A stretch of 64,000 nt of DNA, taken from assembly GCA_963755025.1 (NCBI GenBank), contig CAVWIH010000014.1, positions 320,001 to 384,000 of the forward strand. The letters run 5' to 3'. Source of the stretch: an uncultured Actinomycetes bacterium. GTDB taxonomy: Bacteria > Actinomycetota > Thermoleophilia > UBA2241. The notes under the pieces were generated by a model. It searched no databases. It was not told the origin of the DNA and was given only the letters and a program-made list of their open reading frames with translations. Below, piece by piece: positions 10,048-20,343 of the stretch (the stretch's first letter is position 1; each line of letters begins with the position of its first letter). The position numbers were made by a program, and so were the translations under genes.

Positions 10048-11462
10048 CCCAGCGGCCCCCGGCAGGGCGAGCCCGTCAGGGCTTCGGGGCTCAGGACCTC
10101 GTCGAGCCGCTCGCGGGTCAGCAGTCCGTGCGCCAGCACGACCTCTTGCACGGTGCGGCCCGTCGCGGCCGCTTCCTTGGCGACGGCCGTGGCCTGCGCG
10201 TAGCCGATGATCGGGTTGAGCGCGGTGGCCAGGCCGATCGAGTTCTCGACCTGGGCCCTGAGGTGGTCGACGTTCGCCGTGATGCCGCCCACGCAGCGCT
10301 CGGCGAGCGTGCGGCAGCCCATCTCGAGGTGCGTGATGCTCTCGAACAGGGCGTGGGCGATGATCGGCTCGAAGGCGTTCAGCTGCAGCTGGCCGGCCTC
10401 GGCGGCCATGCTCACCGTGACGTCGTTGCCGATCACCTCGAAGGCGATCTGGTTGACGACCTCGGGGATGACCGGGTTGATCTTGCCGGGCATGATGCTC
10501 GAGCCGGCCTGCACCGGCGGCAGGTTGATCTCGCCGAGACCCGCCCGCGGACCCGACGACAGCAGCCGCAGGTCGTTGCAGATCTTGGAGACCTTGACGG
10601 CGATGCGCTTGAGCACGCCCGAGACCTGCACGTACGAGCCCGGGTCCTGGGTGGCCTCGATCAGGTTCGGCGAGATCGAGAGGGCGATGCCGGTGAGCTC
10701 GCTCAGATAGCGCAGCGCGACCTCGGAGTAGCCGGGCGGCGCGTTCAGCTTGGTGCCGATGGCGGTGCCCCCCAGGTTCACCTCTTCGATGAGCCGGCAG
10801 GCTTCGGACAGGCGGTGCTCATCTTCGCCGATCATGACCGCGTACGTGGTGAACTCCTGCCCGAGCGTCATGGGCACGGCGTCCTGGAGCTGCGTGCGCC
10901 CCATCTTCACGGCGTCGGTCAGCGTGGCGGCCTTGGCGGCAAAGGCGGTGCGCAGCACGCTCATGGCGTCGAGCAGGCGGTCGGCGGCCCAGCGCAGCGC
11001 CACCTTCACCGCGGTCGGATAGACGTCGTTGGTGCTCTGCCCCTGGTTGACGTCGTCGTTGGGGTGCAGGTACTGGTACTCGCCGCGCTGGTGGCCGAGG
11101 TGCTCCAGGGCGCGGTTGGCGATGACCTCGTTGGCGTTCATGTTGGCCGAGGTGCCGGCCCCACCCTGGATGACGTCGACCACGAACTGCTCGTGCAACC
11201 GCCCCGAGCGCACCTCGTCGCAAGCCTTGATGATGGCGGCCGCCTTCTCGGCGCTGAGCAAGCCGAGGTCGCGGTTGGCGGCGGCGGCGGCGTGCTTGAC
11301 CGCGGCCAGCGCGTTTACCAGGTCGGGGTAGGCCGACATGGCGATGCCGCTGATGGGAAAGTTCTCGCGCGCGCGCAACGTGTGGATGCCGTAGTAGGCG
11401 TCGGCCGGCACCAGGCGGTCGCCCAGAAGGTCGTGTTCGACGCGGGTCTCGGCTGCGGGCAT
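10044..11462 (-). CDS. aspA: Aspartate ammonia-lyase
   Basis: RVEHDLLG, YYGIHTLRARENF, QGGAGTS, GSSIMPGKINP. Confidence 0.95.
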   Translation of the reverse strand: MPAAETRVEHDLLGDRLVPADAYYGIHTLRARENFPISGIAMSAYPDLVNALAAVKHAAAAANRDLGLLSAEKAAAIIKACDEVRSGRLHEQFVVDVIQGGAGTSANMNANEVIANRALEHLGHQRGEYQYLHPNDDVNQGQSTNDVYPTAVKVALRWAADRLLDAMSVLRTAFAAKAATLTDAVKMGRTQLQDAVPMTLGQEFTTYAVMIGEDEHRLSEACRLIEEVNLGGTAIGTKLNAPPGYSEVALRYLSELTGIALSISPNLIEATQDPGSYVQVSGVLKRIAVKVSKICNDLRLLSSGPRAGLGEINLPPVQAGSSIMPGKINPVIPEVVNQIAFEVIGNDVTVSMAAEAGQLQLNAFEPIIAHALFESITHLEMGCRTLAERCVGGITANVDHLRAQVENSIGLATALNPIIGYAQATAVAKEAAATGRTVQEVVLAHGLLTRERLDEVLSPEALTGSPCRGPLG

Positions 11463-11695
11463 GGGGCGCCTCCGGCGGTTGCGTTTGACCGGCGGTCCCG
11501 CAGGAGTCGGGTCTTCGCGACCGGGCCGCCGGATGCCCAGTGTGCCGCCGAATCGCGCGGCCCACAACCCTGTGGAAACCTGTGGACTGGTGTACGCGCG
11601 CCGCAAACCGAGCAAAGTCGAGACACAACTTATTGCGTTGCAACCACTAAAGTGCTTAGACTTCCACAAACTTCCTCGCGGAGAAAGGTTGCGAC

Positions 11696-12538
11696 GTGGG
11701 CGACGCGATACCCGAAGAGCGACGTCTTGTCATCATGGAGCGTGTGCGCAGCCGCTCGCTGGTCAAGCCCGCCGAGCTCGCCGGCGAGCTCGGCGTCTCG
11801 ATCGAGACCATCCGTCGCGACCTGGTGGCCCTCGAAGAAGACGGCCTGGTGCGACGCGTCTACGGCGGCGCCACGCGCACCACGGGGCGCGCCTTCGAGC
11901 CCACCTTCGAAAAGCGCCGCATGCGCCACCGCGAGCGCAAGATCGCCATCGCCCGGCTGGCGGCGAGCCTCATCAAGCCCGGCGACACGCTCATTCTCGA
12001 CATCGGCACGAGCGTCGCCGAGCTGGCCGCCGAGCTGCCCCGCAGCCATCGCGGCATCGTGCTCACCAACTCGCTGCTCGTGGCCAACGCGCTGGCCGAC
12101 CGCGAGGGCATCGAGGTGACCACGTCGGGCGGCCGGGTGCGACCCGGCGACCTCGCCTGTTTCGGGCCCGTGAGCGAAGCCTTCTTTCGCGACTACTTCG
12201 CCGACAAGGCGTTCCTGGGCTCCGGCGGCGTGCACCCTGAGATGGGCCTCACCGACTACTACCCCGACGAGATCGCCTCGCGCCGCGTCATCTTGCAACA
12301 CGCCGCCGAAAGCTTCGTGCTGGCCGATTCGTCAAAGCTCGGCAAGGTGGCCTTGCGCAAGGTCGCGGCCGTCGACGCCCTGACCGCGGTGATCACCGAC
12401 GACGGCGCCAACGAGCAAGACGTCGAGCGCCTCGAGGCGGCCGGCGTGACCGTGCTGGTCGCCCCTGTCGAACGGGCCGGGTCAGACGAGCTCGCCGAGA
12501 CTCTCGTGCACCAAGGAGGGCCCCTGAACGAGCACTGA
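11696..12538 (+). CDS. DeoR/GlpR-family transcriptional regulator
   Basis: VSIETIRRDL...RRVYGGA, LDIGTS, LADSSK. Confidence 0.95.
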   Translation: MGDAIPEERRLVIMERVRSRSLVKPAELAGELGVSIETIRRDLVALEEDGLVRRVYGGATRTTGRAFEPTFEKRRMRHRERKIAIARLAASLIKPGDTLILDIGTSVAELAAELPRSHRGIVLTNSLLVANALADREGIEVTTSGGRVRPGDLACFGPVSEAFFRDYFADKAFLGSGGVHPEMGLTDYYPDEIASRRVILQHAAESFVLADSSKLGKVALRKVAAVDALTAVITDDGANEQDVERLEAAGVTVLVAPVERAGSDELAETLVHQGGPLNEH

Positions 12539-12614
12539 CACCGGCCTTTTTTCGTGACGCAGGCGGTCCTTGGGGGGCCGCCGACAGCTACAAAGGCAAG
12601 AGAGGGGGAGTCCC

Positions 12615-14102
12615 GTGGAAACAACAACTGCTCCCGAAAGGGAGCTCAGCAAGTTCGGTTACGAGCAAGACTTCGACCGCACGTTGCACCGCTTCGCGTC
12701 GTTTGCGATCGGGTTTTCGTTCATCTCCATCACCACCGGCATCTTCACCACCTACGGCGCCGTCCTCAACTCGTCGGGGCCGCTCGGCATCTGGACCTGG
12801 CCGATCGTCATCGTCGGGCAGCTCATGGTGGCCCTGGTGTTCGGCTCGCTCGCCAGCCGCATGCCGCTGGCCGGCTACACCTACCAATGGATGTCGCGCC
12901 TGGCCAACCCGCTGATCGGCTGGCTGGTGGGCTGGTTCATGTTCGCCTTCCTCATCGTCGACGTCGTGGCAGTCGACTACGCCGTCGCGTCGGCGGTGGC
13001 GCCGGTGCTGTTCGGCTACACCGGCACGACGGCCAACACCTGGATCGTCACCGCCCTCGTGATCGCCGTGCAGTGCCTCCTGATCATGTTCTCGACGCTC
13101 TGGTCGGAACGCGTCAACAACGTGGCCGTGGGCACCGAGCTGATCGGCATCGGCGGCCTGACCATCCTCATCGTGGTCGTGGGCGCCATCACCAACAAGC
13201 TCTACTGGGGGCACCTCTTCAACCGCGGCGCGGCAGCCGCCACCCACCCCTACTTCGGCCTGGGCACCATCAGCCACGACAGTCCCTGGGTGCTGGCTTT
13301 CCTGCTCGGCGCCTTCACCATCGTGGGCTTCGAGGCCTGCGGCAACCTGGCCGAGGAGACCAACGAGCCCGAAAAGGTCGTGCCGCGCGCCATGTGGATG
13401 TCGGTGCTGCTCTCCGGCGTGCTCGGCTTTCTCTTCCTGCTCGCCATCACCATCGCCACCTGGAACATCCCCGCGCTGACCTCGTCGGGCACGCCGGTGG
13501 CCGACATCGTCGACCACGTGCTGGGCTCTGTCGTCGGCAAGATCTTCCTCGTCATGGTGTTCTTCTCGATCTTCGCCTGCGGCCTCGTGATCTACATCAC
13601 GGCCAGCCGCGTGGCCTGGGCCATGTCGCGCGACGAGCGCTTCCCGGGCTGGAAGGCCATGCGCCGCGTCAGCAAGTCGTACCGCACGCCGCTCATCGCG
13701 ACGGTCGTCGTGGGCGTCGTGCTCGAGGTCGTGCTGGCCGCCTTCGCGCAGAGCACCGGCGCGCTGTTCAAGCTGTTCAGCGCCGCCACGCTCATGCCGG
13801 CGATCATCTACTTCATCACCGTGATCCTCTTCATGTTCGCGCGCAAAAAGCTGCCGCACGTGCCGGGCGGCTTCGACCTCGGCGCCTGGGAGTGGCCCGT
13901 CATCATCGTCTCGCTGGTGTGGCTCGTCTTCGAGCTGTCGATCTTCCGTGACTCGTCGTTCAAGGATCCCTGGATCTACGTCGTCATCATGGTCGCCATC
14001 GGCCTGATCTACTTCGTCTACATGCTGGCGACCGGGCGCTCCCTGACCATGCCCGGCGAGGCCATCGACCCCGAGAAGGTCTCCGCAGACTCGGAGCGCT
14101 GA
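12615..14102 (+). CDS. APC-family amino acid/amine permease
   Basis: GTG 12615 after GGGGGAG; FGYEQ, FASFAIGFSFIS, GFEACGNLAEET; about 12 TM segments. Confidence 0.93.
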   Translation: METTTAPERELSKFGYEQDFDRTLHRFASFAIGFSFISITTGIFTTYGAVLNSSGPLGIWTWPIVIVGQLMVALVFGSLASRMPLAGYTYQWMSRLANPLIGWLVGWFMFAFLIVDVVAVDYAVASAVAPVLFGYTGTTANTWIVTALVIAVQCLLIMFSTLWSERVNNVAVGTELIGIGGLTILIVVVGAITNKLYWGHLFNRGAAAATHPYFGLGTISHDSPWVLAFLLGAFTIVGFEACGNLAEETNEPEKVVPRAMWMSVLLSGVLGFLFLLAITIATWNIPALTSSGTPVADIVDHVLGSVVGKIFLVMVFFSIFACGLVIYITASRVAWAMSRDERFPGWKAMRRVSKSYRTPLIATVVVGVVLEVVLAAFAQSTGALFKLFSAATLMPAIIYFITVILFMFARKKLPHVPGGFDLGAWEWPVIIVSLVWLVFELSIFRDSSFKDPWIYVVIMVAIGLIYFVYMLATGRSLTMPGEAIDPEKVSADSER

Positions 14103-14232
14103 CGGCGACTCCGCTACCCTGCCGCCCGCCCGCGGGCGGCGCGAGCGGCGCGACGGCCCGCCCCCATGTGGCCGTCGCGCCGCCTTCACCCCAGGTCGTC
14201 GAGGCACCCTCATCGCGGAAAGGCGAACGCGC

Positions 14233-15765
14233 ATGGCGAAGAAGTACATACTGGCCCACGACACGGGCACCGGCGGCGACAAGGCGGTCCTGACCGACCT
14301 CGAAGGCCGCATCGTCGAGTCGGCCTACCAGCCCTACGAGATCTACACGCCGCGCCCCGACTGGGCCGAGCAAGACCCCGACGAGCTCTGGAGCGCCGTC
14401 GCGGCCACCACCCGCGAGGTGCTCGCCAAGTCCCAGATCGACCCCGCCGAGGTCCTCGGCGTGGGCGTCTCGGCGCAGATGTTCAACCTGCTGCCGGTCG
14501 ACGAGCAGTGCCGTCCGGTGACGCCCATGCTGAGCTGGCTCGACGTGCGCAGCGTGGCGCAGGCCGACCGCCTGCTCACCGACGACATGCAGGCCTTCCT
14601 CTACGAGCACACCGGCAACATGCCGACCGCCAAAGACGTGGTGCCCAAGATCCTCTGGCTCAAAGAGGAGCGTCCCGACCTGTGGGAGCGCACCCGCTGG
14701 CTGCTCGACTGCAAGGAGTACATCCTCTTCAAACTCACCGGCGAGGTGGCCATCGACTGGCACGGCGCCAGCGTCTTCTTCTTGTTCAACCCGCACACCA
14801 AGACCTGGGACCAGGAGGTCTGCGACCGCCTCGGCATTCCCGTCGACAAGCTGCCGCCGGCGTTCCCGTGCACCAAAGTGATCGGCGAGGTGACCGCCGC
14901 GGCGGCCGCGCAGACCGGCCTGCCGGCGGGCACGCCGGTCGTGCTGTGCGCCGGCGACGTGGCGGTGGCCCAGTCGGGCTCGGGCGCCAACCGCGAGGGC
15001 AAGGCCCACCTCTGCATCGGCACGGCCACCTGGGTGGGCGTGTCGAGCACCGCCCTGCGCAACGACCCCGACAAGCCGTTCTGGGCGCTCAACCACATCG
15101 ACCCCGCCAAGTTCGTCATCGCCGGCGAGATGGAGACCGGCGGCGGCGCGCTGCAGTGGTACCGCAACCTGCTGGGCGGCGAAGAAGCGCGCGCCGCCAA
15201 GGAGCGCGGCGTGTCGACCTACCAGGTCTTCGACGAGCTCGCCGCCACGGCCCCGGCGGGCAGCGACGGCCTGTTCTTCACGCCCTGGCTGTCGGGCGAG
15301 CGCGCCCCGGTGCTCGACCACTACGCGCGCGGCGGCTTTCTGGGGCTCTCCATGGGCCACACCCGCGCCCACCTCACGCGCTCGGTCATGGAGGGCATCG
15401 CCTTCCACATCCGCTGGATCATCGAGGCCATGGAGATGGTCGGCTTTGAGATCGACGAGATGCAGGCCATCGGTGGCGGTAGCGTGAGCGCGCTCTGGAC
15501 TCAGATCATCGCCGACGTCACGGCGCGCCGCCTGAACGTGGTCGAGAACCCGCTCGAGGCCGGCGCCATGGGCGCCGCGCTCACCGTAGCGGTCGGCCTC
15601 GGCGTCTACCCGAGCATGGACGCGGTCGACGACCTGATCAAGGTCAAGGCCGTCTTCGAGCCGCAGCCCGCCAACCACGACGTCTACGAGCGCATGTACG
15701 ACACCTACCGGCAGTTCTATGCGGCGCTGGCCCCGATCTACAGGGCCAGCGCGACGCACGCCTAG
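14233..15765 (+). CDS. FGGY-family carbohydrate kinase (xylulokinase-like)
   Basis: HDTGTGG, WAEQDP, GERAP, MEGIAF, IGGG. Confidence 0.92.
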   Translation: MAKKYILAHDTGTGGDKAVLTDLEGRIVESAYQPYEIYTPRPDWAEQDPDELWSAVAATTREVLAKSQIDPAEVLGVGVSAQMFNLLPVDEQCRPVTPMLSWLDVRSVAQADRLLTDDMQAFLYEHTGNMPTAKDVVPKILWLKEERPDLWERTRWLLDCKEYILFKLTGEVAIDWHGASVFFLFNPHTKTWDQEVCDRLGIPVDKLPPAFPCTKVIGEVTAAAAAQTGLPAGTPVVLCAGDVAVAQSGSGANREGKAHLCIGTATWVGVSSTALRNDPDKPFWALNHIDPAKFVIAGEMETGGGALQWYRNLLGGEEARAAKERGVSTYQVFDELAATAPAGSDGLFFTPWLSGERAPVLDHYARGGFLGLSMGHTRAHLTRSVMEGIAFHIRWIIEAMEMVGFEIDEMQAIGGGSVSALWTQIIADVTARRLNVVENPLEAGAMGAALTVAVGLGVYPSMDAVDDLIKVKAVFEPQPANHDVYERMYDTYRQFYAALAPIYRASATHA

Positions 15766-15873
15766 GCGGCCTGCGCAACGCTGCGGCGGCCTACGCAAGG
15801 CTGGGCGGCCTACGCAAGACTGGGCGGCCTGCGCAGGTCTCGGCGGCCCGCGCACGCGTAGGCCGCCCAGACC
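15765..15873. repeat. About 5 tandem copies of a 19-20-bp unit plus one inverted copy between convergent genes
   Basis: ggcggcct(a/g)cgcaag(g/a)ctg-like units from 15765; inverted copy gcgtaggccgcccagacc at 15856-15873. Confidence 0.8.
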
Positions 15874-15879
15874 TGCCTG

Positions 15880-16536
15880 TCAGTTGCTGATCGCCGGCAG
15901 CGCCCTGAGGTAGGTCGTGTCGTCGAGCTGACCGACCAGGAACGCGGCGATGTCGGCGCGCGTCATCGCCCAGCCCATCTGGTCACGCCCCAGAAACCCG
16001 ACGCGCAGGGTGCCCTTGGCGGGACCGTCGGTGGGGTTGGTGATGCGCACGATCGTCCAGTCGAGGCCGGAGCCGGTGACGGCCGCGGTCATGCCGCCCA
16101 GCTCGATCAGCGCGTTGGGGAACATGAACCCGGCCAGCACCGGCAGCAGCCTGGCCTTCAGCGTGGGAAGGTCGCGGGGGTCGGCGACGCTCGGCGTCGC
16201 CAGGCCGATGAACCGCCGCACGCCGCCCTCGCGCATGGCCGCCACGATGGCGCTCGTGCCGGCGGCGACCGGCGTGCCCAGGGCCCCGAGCTTGAGCGAA
16301 GGTCCCAGGGCGCTGATGACGGCGTCGCTGCCGCCTACCACCTCGCCCACCGCAGCAGCGTCGGAGAGCTGCCCGGCGCGCACGATGAGCCGTGGGTGAA
16401 CGGCGGTAAGCTTGGCGGGGTCGCGGGCCAGCACGACGACGTCGTGGCCGCCGTCGAGGAGCCGCGCGACCACCAGACGCCCGATCTTGCCGGTGGCCCC
16501 GAAGACGGCGACGCGCCCGGGCGTGGCCGCGCTCAC
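15880..16536 (-). CDS. NAD(P)H-binding atypical SDR (flavin/biliverdin reductase-like)
   Basis: FGATGKIG Rossmann motif; LDWTIVR; TRADIAAF. Confidence 0.9.
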   Translation of the reverse strand: MSAATPGRVAVFGATGKIGRLVVARLLDGGHDVVVLARDPAKLTAVHPRLIVRAGQLSDAAAVGEVVGGSDAVISALGPSLKLGALGTPVAAGTSAIVAAMREGGVRRFIGLATPSVADPRDLPTLKARLLPVLAGFMFPNALIELGGMTAAVTGSGLDWTIVRITNPTDGPAKGTLRVGFLGRDQMGWAMTRADIAAFLVGQLDDTTYLRALPAISN

Positions 16537-17453
16537 GAGACGCTCAGGGCGAGCTTGCCGATGTGCGGTGCGACGAAATCGGCAAGGGCCTGCGGGGCCT
16601 GGCCGAGCCCGTAGGTGTGAGCGATCGGCACGCGCAGCGCCCCACTCGCCACGTCGGCGGCCAGCTGGTCGAGGGTGCCCGCCTCGGGGCTCGCCATGAC
16701 GGCTAGGGCCGGCGGGTCGCCGTCTGCGCCGTAGCCCAGGGTCGACACCAGGCGTCCGCCTTCGGCGAGCAGGCCGGCGAGCTCTCCGCCGTCGCCGGCC
16801 AGGTGGACGACGGCGGGTACGCCCGCCGGCGCGATCGCACGCACCTGCGCACCCAGGTCGCCGGTGTAGTCGACGACGTGGCTTGCCCCCAGGCCGCGCA
16901 CGAACTCATCCTCGCCGCCGGCTCGCGCGGTGGCGACCACCACGGCGCCGGCGGCGACCGCGTACTGCACGGCGAGCGCGCCCACGCCACCGGTGGCGCC
17001 GCTGATCAGAACGAGCTCGCCGGCCGCCGGGGCCAGCGCGTCGATCGCGTTACGCGCGGCGGTGCCCGCCAGGCCAAGCGCGCCGGCTACCTGCGGGTCG
17101 AAGCCGCCGGGCACCAGAGCGATGCCGAACTGCTCGTCGGTCGCGAGGTACTCACCCCAGCCGCCATCGCCCAGGAACGGCTTCATGACGACGCCGAACA
17201 CTTCGTCGCCCACGGCGAACCGCTCGGCGCCCGCTCCCAGCGCCTCTACCGTGCCGGCGAAATCCTTGCCGAGCACGACCGGAAAGCGATGTTCCATCAT
17301 GCCTTTGAGCATGCCGGCCGCGACGGCGGCGTCGAAGCCGTTGACTGAGGAGGCGCGCACGCGCACCAGCACCTCGCCCGGCCCGGGCTGCGGCTGGGGC
17401 ACGTCGGTGAGAGCGGGCGGCGCTCCATACTCGGTGACGGCGATGGCGCGCAT
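16533..17453 (-). CDS. NADP-dependent oxidoreductase (MDR/quinone reductase-like)
   Basis: ATG 17453 MRAIAVTEYG; SVNGFD, LGKDFAG, GATGGVG, GKLAL. Confidence 0.92.
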   Translation of the reverse strand: MRAIAVTEYGAPPALTDVPQPQPGPGEVLVRVRASSVNGFDAAVAAGMLKGMMEHRFPVVLGKDFAGTVEALGAGAERFAVGDEVFGVVMKPFLGDGGWGEYLATDEQFGIALVPGGFDPQVAGALGLAGTAARNAIDALAPAAGELVLISGATGGVGALAVQYAVAAGAVVVATARAGGEDEFVRGLGASHVVDYTGDLGAQVRAIAPAGVPAVVHLAGDGGELAGLLAEGGRLVSTLGYGADGDPPALAVMASPEAGTLDQLAADVASGALRVPIAHTYGLGQAPQALADFVAPHIGKLALSVS

Positions 17454-17476
17454 GGCGATCCTTTCGTTGGGGAAAC

Positions 17477-17500
17477 TAAGTGGAGTAGCTATTCCACTTA
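17477..17500. promoter_or_regulatory. TetR operator (near-perfect inverted repeat)
   Basis: TAAGTGGA-gtagctat-TCCACTTA between the divergent oxidoreductase and TetR genes. Confidence 0.75.
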
Positions 17501-17507
17501 AGCTAGG

Positions 17508-18287
17508 GTGAGAAACGTGAGCTCTTCCGCCGACAAAAGCCAGACAGGCCCGGGCCCGCTCGACCCGGGGGCAGGCGACACGATCGCAACCCCGCCCGGC
17601 GGGGCCGACCGCCCCCCGCTGCGCGCCGACGCGCAGCGCAACCGGCAGCGCATCGTGGGGGCGGCTCGCGGGGTGTTCGCCGAGCAGGGGCTCGAGGCGC
17701 CCCTGAACGAGGTCGCACGCCGCGCCGGAGTGGGCATCGCCACGCTGTATCGCCGCTTCCCCACCCGCGAGGCGCTCATCGCCGAGGTCTTCGCCGAGAA
17801 GATGAGCACCTACGCCAAAGCCATCGCCGTGGCGCTCGCCGACCCCGACCCCTGGCGCGGCTTTTGCGCCTTCATCGAGCAGGCCTGCGCCATGCAGGCC
17901 GACGACCACGGCTTCACGGACGTGCTGACCTTGACCTTCCCCACCGCTGCGGCCTTCGAGGCCAAGCGCGTCGCCGCCTATCGCGGGTTCGCCGAGCTGA
18001 TCGCGCGGGCCAAGGCCGCGGGGCGGTTGCGCGCCGATTTTTCGCCCGAGGACCTCGTCTTGCTGCTCATGGCTAACGCCGGCGTCGTCGCCGCTACGGC
18101 CGACGCCGCCCCCGACGCCTGGCGCCGCCTGGTCGCCTACATGACGCAGGCCTTCGCCGCCGGTCACACCGATCCGCTGCCGCCTGCTCCCACGCCGGCC
18201 GCCCTCTACCGCGCCATGCTGCGGCTCAGCCTGCGCGGCTCCGGCTCCGGCGCCGGCGAACCGCCCGAGCGAGGCGGGAGCGCCTGA
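17508..18287 (+). CDS. TetR/AcrR-family regulator
   Basis: LRADAQRNRQRI...VARRAGVGIATLYRRFPTRE. Confidence 0.95.
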   Translation: MRNVSSSADKSQTGPGPLDPGAGDTIATPPGGADRPPLRADAQRNRQRIVGAARGVFAEQGLEAPLNEVARRAGVGIATLYRRFPTREALIAEVFAEKMSTYAKAIAVALADPDPWRGFCAFIEQACAMQADDHGFTDVLTLTFPTAAAFEAKRVAAYRGFAELIARAKAAGRLRADFSPEDLVLLLMANAGVVAATADAAPDAWRRLVAYMTQAFAAGHTDPLPPAPTPAALYRAMLRLSLRGSGSGAGEPPERGGSA

Positions 18288-18772
18288 CCGTGCAGTCCGC
18301 CGAACAGCGGCGGGGACTGGTCGTCGGGGCCGCCCGCCAGGCGCTGCAGAGCAGCGCGCAGCGAGTCGACGCACGAGCGGCCGAACCGCGCGCGCCAGCG
18401 CGTCTCGACGTCGCCGAGCAGGCGGCGCGCCGTGTCTCGAGCTTCGAACGGCTGCAGCGCCGCCTGGAGGGCGTCGACCTGGGGCGCACCGAAGCGCTGC
18501 CTCCAGCGCTCGAGCCCCTTCAGCAAATCCCTTGCCGTGCGCGCCCGGGCGTGCAGCTCGGCCACACTGACGCCGTCGGCGTCGACGAATGCCACGACGT
18601 TCGCCCAAATGACCTCGGAGACCAGCCAGGGGGCGCCCCGCGGCGCGCCCGCCCTGCCCGTCGCGCTCGTACGGTGGGGCATGCGGTGCTCGAACTCGTT
18701 GTCGAACTCGATGGTGAAGGCGACCAGCGCCTGCGAGAGCAGCGCGGAGAGCCCCGGAAGGTCGGTCGTCAC
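18206..18772 (-). pseudogene. Hypothetical protein, probably an internally deleted or truncated remnant
   Basis: Protein-like N-terminus (LSALLSQALVAFTIEFDNEFEHR), abrupt internal junctions, and 3' end running 82 bp into the convergent TetR gene. Confidence 0.45.
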
Positions 18773-18927
18773 AGTCCGCTAGACTAGCTCGGTCCGCCAG
18801 ACACCACCGGCGTCCCAGGCCCGCCACCCATCGCATCCTCCCAGCCGACGACCCTCCCGCGAAAGAGCGGGACTTTGCTAGAGGTGTCGCCGTCTGGCGA
18901 CCGTTCTAGTCGTCGGCCGAAGCGGCC

Positions 18928-20343
18928 TTACCTGACCGCGACCCTGATCACCGACGTGTAGGCGCGGTAGTACCAGCCGTCGCCGGGGTAGCGCACCACA
19001 TACCAGGTGGTGTGCCGCGGGTGCAGGACGGGGCCGGTGTACGCGCCGTAGCCGTTCGCGCGGACGGTCGCGACCTTGCGCCAGCCCTTTGCTCCCGGGT
19101 TCCACGCGCTCGGCGGCCCGGCCGCCTTGGTGCGCTGGTAGACGGTCACGAACTTGATCTTGCCCACCTCGCTGCCCAGGTGACCCTGCGTGGGGATGAC
19201 GCCGCTCAGGCGCACCGCGCCGCCGGCGTGCACCGTGGCGTGCGACGCTTTCAGCGAGGCCACCTGGAAGTACGTGGTGAGATCGAGCGCGCTCGACTCG
19301 TCGTCGTAGCGCCAGATGTGGAGCTCGTAGTCGTAGCCGGGCGTCGATTTCGGCAGGGTCATCTTGCGGAGGAAGTCCTTGCCCTGACATGTCACGAAGA
19401 AGTTCCAGTCCTTCGTGGGGGCTGTAGCGGGCCACTGTGAGTAGCCGTAGAAAGCCGCCTCATAGCCTTTAGGCCAGTTGTTGAAGTAAAGCCACACAGT
19501 GCTGCCCGCCTTGCCCGACTGCCAGTAGGGAGACTCGATCCAGGCGGTCCGGCCGTTGGCCTCGTCGAAGGTCATGGTCTGCCCGTCAGACGTTCCGGGC
19601 GTGACAGGCAGGGTCTCGGGGGCGTTCCACTCGATGCCCTGGTTGGCATAGGGGTACGCTACGGCGTAATCGTAGTCGGGCGCCATGACGAGCGCGTGCG
19701 TCGTGACAGTCGCGTTGCTGCTGTCGGTGACCCAGGTCGTGCCGCCGCCGTCGGTCCCATAGGTGTCGATGCGCGCTTCGCTCCAGCCCCAGCCGTCGTA
19801 GCTGTCTGTGCGCAGCACCTCGGCCGTGGTGGCGCCGGGCCGCAGCGTAAAGTTGTTCGGTCCGTTCTGCGTGAAGGTGTCGTTCCAGCTCTGGCAGCCG
19901 TTGTCGTCGGTGAAGTAGGCGTCGATCTCACCCTGCGTCGTGGCGGGCGCGCCGGTGTAGGTGAAGTCGCCCTGGGCGTCGGTGGTGGTGGTGCCGATGT
20001 ACTGGTCGTTGTCGGCCGCGTCGGTGTACCAGAGGTCGACCTCGGCGCCCGCCTCGGCGCTGCCGTCGAGGGCGAGGACCTGCCCGGTCACGGTGCAGGG
20101 ACCGGTGGTCATGGGCACCGCCAGCACGCTGGCCCGCGCGTGCAGGGCCGCTCTGCCGTGCGCCCGGGAGCGCGGCGTGAGGGCCGCCCGCAGCCCGGCC
20201 GGCAACGAGAACACGGTGTGCGCGCCGCGCGACGGCGCCGCGGTGACCGGTTGCGGCGCCCGCGGGGTGAGCGCCAGGCTTGCGGCCGGCCAGAGCAGGG
20301 CGGCGGCGAACACGGCGAACAGGTAGAGCGGCAGCTTCTTCAT
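18928..20343 (-). CDS. Secreted beta-rich protein with a carboxypeptidase-regulatory/Ig-like N-domain
   Basis: Sec signal MKKLPLYLF...ASLA; VTGQV...GAEV...TTTDAQGDF; rich in Thr/Tyr/Trp. Confidence 0.8.
   Translation of the reverse strand: MKKLPLYLFAVFAAALLWPAASLALTPRAPQPVTAAPSRGAHTVFSLPAGLRAALTPRSRAHGRAALHARASVLAVPMTTGPCTVTGQVLALDGSAEAGAEVDLWYTDAADNDQYIGTTTTDAQGDFTYTGAPATTQGEIDAYFTDDNGCQSWNDTFTQNGPNNFTLRPGATTAEVLRTDSYDGWGWSEARIDTYGTDGGGTTWVTDSSNATVTTHALVMAPDYDYAVAYPYANQGIEWNAPETLPVTPGTSDGQTMTFDEANGRTAWIESPYWQSGKAGSTVWLYFNNWPKGYEAAFYGYSQWPATAPTKDWNFFVTCQGKDFLRKMTLPKSTPGYDYELHIWRYDDESSALDLTTYFQVASLKASHATVHAGGAVRLSGVIPTQGHLGSEVGKIKFVTVYQRTKAAGPPSAWNPGAKGWRKVATVRANGYGAYTGPVLHPRHTTWYVVRYPGDGWYYRAYTSVIRVAVR

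Noticed and set aside
10128-12119. Long antisense and alternative-frame ORFs (this one, 12588..14312, 13987..15855, 21027..22898, 45183..48095 and many others)
   Set aside because: Shadow ORFs expected in very GC-rich DNA; Arg/Ala/Pro-rich or mirror images of well-supported genes.
16533-18836. 767-aa oxidoreductase
   Set aside because: The N-terminal part is antisense to the TetR gene; the family N-terminus (MRAI) begins at 17453.
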